The notes under the pieces were generated by a model. It was not told where the DNA came from, made no database searches, and was given only the letters and a program-made list of their open reading frames with translations. Positions 59,120-64,000 of a stretch of 64,000 bases of DNA are shown here, piece by piece. Every line of letters starts with the position of its first letter. Within the stretch, counting starts at the first letter, position 1. Made by a program: the position numbers and the translations under genes. The stretch is taken from NCBI RefSeq assembly GCF_009914755.1, contig NC_060931.1. One strand, 5' to 3'. The DNA comes from the human T2T-CHM13v2.0 reference genome, Homo sapiens.

Positions 59120-60141
59120 AATTTTTATTTTTAAGTTCCAGAGTACATGTGCAGGATGTGCAGGTTCATTATACAGGTAAACGTGTCATGGTGGTTTGCT
59201 GCACCTATCAATCCATCACCTAAGTATTAAGCCCAGCATGCATTAGTTATTTTTCCCAATGCTCTCCCTTCCACCAACCCTCTGCCCCAACAGGCCCCAG
59301 TGTGTATTGTTCCCCTCCCTGTATCCACATATTTTCATTGTTCAGCTCCCACTTATTAAGTGAGAACATGTAGTGTTTGGTTTTCTGTTCCTGCATTAAT
59401 TTGCTGAGGATAATGGCTTCCAGATCCATCCATGTCTCTGTAAAGGACATGATCACATTCCTTTTTATGGCTGCATAGTATTCCACGATGTATATGTACC
59501 ACATTTTCTTTATCCAGTCTATCACTGATGGACATTTGAGTTGATTCTATGTCTCTGCTATTGTGAATAGTGCTGCAATGAACATATGAGTGCATGTATC
59601 TTTGTAATAGGATGATTTATATTCTTTTGGGTATATACCCAGTAATGGGATTGCTGGGTCAAATGTTATTTAACAGATGGGATCTCATTAAACTAAAGAG
59701 CTTCTGCACAGGAAAAGAAAGTATCATCAGAGTGAACAGGCAACCTACAGAGGGGGAGAAATTTTTGCAATCTATCCACCTGACAAAAGTCTAACATCCA
59801 GAATCTACAAGGAATTTAAACAAACTTACAAGAAAAAAACAAACGACCTCATTAAAAAGTAGGCAAAGGACATGAAAAGATGCTTCTCAAAAGAAGACGT
59901 TCATGGGACCTACAAACATATGAAAAAAAGTTCAACATCGCTGATTATTACAGAAATGCAAATCAAAACCACAGTGAGGTACCATCTCATACCAGTCAGA
60001 ATGGTGATTATTAAAACATCAAGAAACAACAGATGCTGGCCAGGTTGCAGAGAAATAGGAACACTTTTACACTGTTGGTGGGAATGTAATTTAGTTCAAC
60101 CATTGTGGAAGACAGTGTGGTGATTCCTCGAAGATCTAGAA
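59120..60141 (-). mobile_element. L1PA (PA8-like) with twin-priming 5' inversion (59120-59671 antisense, 59672-60141 sense)
   Basis: The two segments are nearly adjacent in the L1 consensus (..gatctagaa | aaataccatttgaccc..). TSD tcct(gt/cc)tgaatttt at 58796-58809 / 60142-60155. Confidence 0.92.
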
Positions 60142-60647
60142 TCCTCCTGAATTTTACTACAAGCAGCAAGGAGAAATTAGGCTGCACCTTCAACACTTTG
60201 CTTGAAAATCTCTTCGATTTACTATTCAAGTCCATTCCTTATAGGTTCTGTTTCCACCCAACAGTAGAATCCAATTGAACCAAATGTTCTGTCACTTTGT
60301 AAGAAGAATCACCTTTCTTCCTGTTTCTAATAACATGTGAGCCATTTCCGCCTGAGACATCACCAGAAGCACCTTTAATGTTCATATATCTGTCAATACT
60401 CTGTTCATAATGTATTCATTTAAAACAACAGAGGCTTTCTTTATTGTACTCATCACTTCCTTCTGAGCCCTCACCAAAATTTCCTTTAATGTCCATTCCT
60501 ATCAACCATCTTTTCAATGCAATCTAGTTTATTTTCTTGTTATACCTATCAAAATTCTTTCGTCTTCTACCTAATATCCAATTCAAAAACCACTTTCAAA
60601 TTTTTATGTATTTATACAGCAGCTCTCCACTTCCTGGAACCAAAATT

Positions 60648-61090
60648 TCTATTATTTTCCTAGGGCTGTTGTAACACAAACTTGGTGGCTTAAAACAACA
60701 GAAATAGAATCTCTCATAGTTCTAGAGGCCAGAAGTCCAAAATAAAAGTGTTGGCAAGGCCACACTTTCTATGAAGTCCCCAAGGGTGAATCCTTCCTTA
60801 TTTCTCTCAGTTTGTGGTGTCTTGGAACATCCTTTGGTTTGGGACTACCTGACTATAATCCCTGCCTCTGTCTTTGCATGGCCTTTTTTTCAGTGTGTCT
60901 ATGCCCTCTCTTCTTTTTCTAAAGACACCAGTCATTGGATTTCAAGCCACTATAAATCCAGGATGGTCTCATCTTACAGTCTTTAATAATATCTGTGAAG
61001 ACCCTATTTCCAAATAAGTTTACATTCACCAGTATTAGGAGTTAGGATTTGAAGATATCTTTTTGGGGAATACTATTAAGTTTACTTACA
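60648..61090 (-). mobile_element. MLT1C-like 5' LTR
   Basis: tttcctagggctgttgtaac...ggtggcttaaaacaacagaaa...aagaccctatttccaaataag...ttaca. Confidence 0.9.
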
Positions 61091-62479
61091 GATAAAAACT
61101 CATGACTTTCACCCTTACTGTGCCCCAGTTATCTTGGGATTTCTGGTTTATCACCAGATAAATGTGGCAGAGATTGTCCCATCTCCTCATTGCAATAATG
61201 CTCATCATTTGGTGTAGGAAATCCTGGTCTAGAAATTCTGGGGAATCAGGCTTTCAAACTAGACAAGAGGAAAGTTACTCCTCCCAAGAAGAGTTTACTT
61301 GATCTTCTTCATAAAAGATTTTAACCCCATGAATGTGTGAAGAGTGCATTCTAGAGGTATGGAATAAAATGGGGTGGGGAGAGGAAAAGGAGCTGGTACC
61401 TATGCTACTTTCAAGTCAAACAAAGAAACTGTATAAATAGAAGCAGTGTCTATAAGTACCTTTTCATCTCAAGATCTCAAAAGAATGCAATTCAATTGCA
61501 TTTTGATTGTCATCAATTATTACCCATCTGTCTGACAAGTCTAGTTTCTTTCCTAGTGCTTATCTAGTGAACTGAAACAAAAACAGTCGGTATTATCCAA
61601 GAGAAGGAGAAATACAAACAAGATGTTACAGAATAGTATTGAAAATGACACATTTTTCTGAAGTGAACCATTTTGTTTTATAATAGTTTTCAGTAAAGCT
61701 AGTATTGCTAGCATTAAGAGGCAGATAAAATGTTAAAGCTGATCAAATGTGCTTTCATGCCACATAACAGCACCCAGATTTTAAAATGGAAGAGAAAAGG
61801 GGCTTGCATCTGGTCAATTAAAAAGAATAACATTTAGCTCAAAAATGTCACCAGGAGTTTCATAGCTAGTGTAGTAATTTTAGAAGGCCACACAATTCAC
61901 TGATTTCTGAAATTAATTAGAATAATCTAATCATTTTCCTGTAGATAAATTGATGAGGTGTGTCTGCTGCTAAACCCTCACCCTTTCACATAGATGTGTA
62001 AACACAAATGAAATAAGAGACGTTAAGCAGTTTATGGCATTTTTATACACAGGGGGAGTAGCTCTGTTTCAATCGAATATGTGATAGATTATTTCTTTTT
62101 AAAATTGAAAAGTCGATTTTTTTTAATTCTATAAAAGTGGTATAAGTTTACAGAAGAGAAAAATACTAATGATATAGGAGTTTAGAAAAAAATTCCACCC
62201 TCAATCCTCTTCCCAGATATTACCATTGACAATTATAATCGTCTTCATTCAAATCTTTGTATGCACATATCAGCTTTGTTTGTGTGTTTTTTTTTTAACT
62301 ATTGTTGTTTTTAGTGAGGAGTGGCAGGGTTATTTGTACATTGTTTACATAAGTGATACTCTTCTGTAATCTCCCAAAAAGAGGCACATGGTTGAAATTA
62401 CATAGAAGAAGTTGGTGAAACACAAAAACTAATAGTCAGCTCAGGATTTACCTACCTCATTAAGCTTTACCTGACTCTC

Positions 62480-62670
62480 ACTTCTCTCTCTACTCTCTTC
62501 TGCCCATGTTGGGGAGGCACCTTCCTCATGCTTCCATAGTATCACACACATATATGCATCGTTATCATCGTATCCTTCCACACTTTTTAATTATTATATT
62601 TTGTATGTAGCATCTCCCACTAGAATCTAAGCATCCAAACAAGGTGCAGTACCTAAAAGAGCTCACTGCC
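62480..62670 (+). mobile_element. L2 3' fragment
   Basis: tgcttccatag, tctcccactagaatctaagc, gcagtacctaaaagagctca. Confidence 0.5.
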
Positions 62671-63267
62671 ATTTAGGGGCGGAGCAATCACAGAGCTGCA
62701 GAAGACATTATGAGAAGCCATACATACAGCATGCATTTTTAAATGACGTCAGCTTGCAAATTGATACTCTTTGATCACACTTGTTTAATCAATTGCAATT
62801 TCTTATAGTTATGATCACACTTAGTCTTCATTTTTCACTCTTTCTCTCAAATATATTACGAGAAACACAATAGTACATGTTCCTGATTTGCCAAGCTAGT
62901 AAATTCACCTTAAAAAGGAAATGAGTTGAAGTTGGCGTGACTGTTCTTACTAAAACCATGATTACGTTTTCCACACTACAGCAAAATCCCCAGTTCCTTG
63001 GATAGTCAGGGAGCAAAGAAAGGTGGCAGGCCCTGTAATCACAAGGCCCCTGCAAAACAGTTTTCTTTCAATCTAGAAGCAAGAAAAGCTAAGGTAGTTA
63101 ATCCTTCTCCTGATCACAACACAGGGACATAAAGAAAAGGCATGCCTCAGTGACAGAAAGCTGCAGCGGGCATTTTTACAGAGTGTCTGAGCACTTCCAT
63201 AATCTCTAGCCTGCCGTAGGGCTGTGCCATACTTATAGAAGCAGGGACTGCCCAGGAAGTTTGATGG

Positions 63268-63426
63268 AAGTAATGGAATTGCTGGGTTGAATGGTAGCTC
63301 TGTTTTAAGATCTTTAAGAAATCTCCAAACTGCTTTCCAGAGTGGCCGGACTAATTTATATTTCCACCAACAGTGCATCAGCTTTCCCTTTTCTCTGCAG
63401 CCTTGCCAGCATCTGTTATTTTTTAA
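63268..63426 (-). mobile_element. Internal L1 (L1PB/old L1PA) ORF2 C-terminal fragment
   Basis: ORF 63073-63378(-) begins HCWWKYKLVRPLWKAVWRFLKDLKTELPFNPAIPLL. No 3'UTR or poly(A). Confidence 0.9.
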
Positions 63427-63678
63427 TTAGGTGGACTTTGAGTAAATCAGATTGCCCTACATAATGTTAGCAGTCCTTAAACAATCAGTGGAAGGACTAA
63501 ATGCTACACAAAGTACAGCATCTCCAAGCAAGAGGTACTTTTCCAGCAGACTACCTTTGGACCTTATCTGACTGTTAGCTATCCTAGGTCTCCAGCCTAC
63601 CAATACACACTAAAGATTTTGAAGCTTGCCTGACTCCATAATCGCATGAGTGATCATGGAGGCTTAAAATAAATTGGG

Positions 63679-63720
<42 letters not shown>

Positions 63721-63755
63721 ATCCTATTGGCTCTGTTTCACTGGATAATCCTAAT
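63427..63755 (+). mobile_element. MLT2 (B/C-like) LTR, 5'-truncated, with (TG)n at 63680-63718
   Basis: gactttgagtaaatcagattgccctacataatg...cctattggctctgtttcactgga. Confidence 0.85.
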
Positions 63756-64000
63756 AAAGGAGTCTAAAGAAGTACCTATGTCACATACACCTGCTTCCAA
63801 TTAACAATTTAATAAAGTACACATAATGTATTCACATTCATACACATATATAGTCTTTCTTAAATAATTTTTTCTATTGTCAAGTTTATACATACAATAT
63901 TGTTCAACATAAATACTTTAACCAAACGGGCCTTGATCACAAATGTAGTCACCAAGTTGCTTCCCAGGGTTGGTAGGCTCTCTGAGAGCTCCCAGTGAGT

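Overview
This is AT-rich, CpG-depleted primate (very probably human) non-coding DNA. I find no protein-coding gene, RNA gene or CpG island. Much of the window is interspersed repeat: 15 Alus plus one FLAM monomer, L1 pieces of several ages, L2/MIR/CR1, DNA transposons (near-full-length Hsmar1, Tigger1, a hAT-Tip100 element, Charlie1, MER5A) and about 14 LTR elements (MER4, MER34/39, MER67 x2, MER61, MER11, THE1 x2, MST x2, MLT2 x2, MLT1 and an LTR-int-LTR MLT1C relic). The ORF track is explained by repeats or chance. The only recognisable proteins are decayed L1 ORF2p fragments (clearest: the RT region at 10788-11210), a Tigger1 transposase N-terminus and a dead Hsmar1 transposase. I see no convincing new biological system. 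The most unusual signal is a set of templated-insertion repair scars. These are a ~340 bp local copy flanked by a 26 bp duplication with a template-switching junction (2645-3077), snap-back patchworks (5079-5275, 20822-20878), and internal L1 fragments without poly(A) or TSD at truncation junctions (10761-11340, 63268-63426). TE-borne regulatory candidates include a MER61 p53 site and a MER11 LTR. Subfamily names are from recalled consensus features, not a database search, and boundaries of old elements are approximate.
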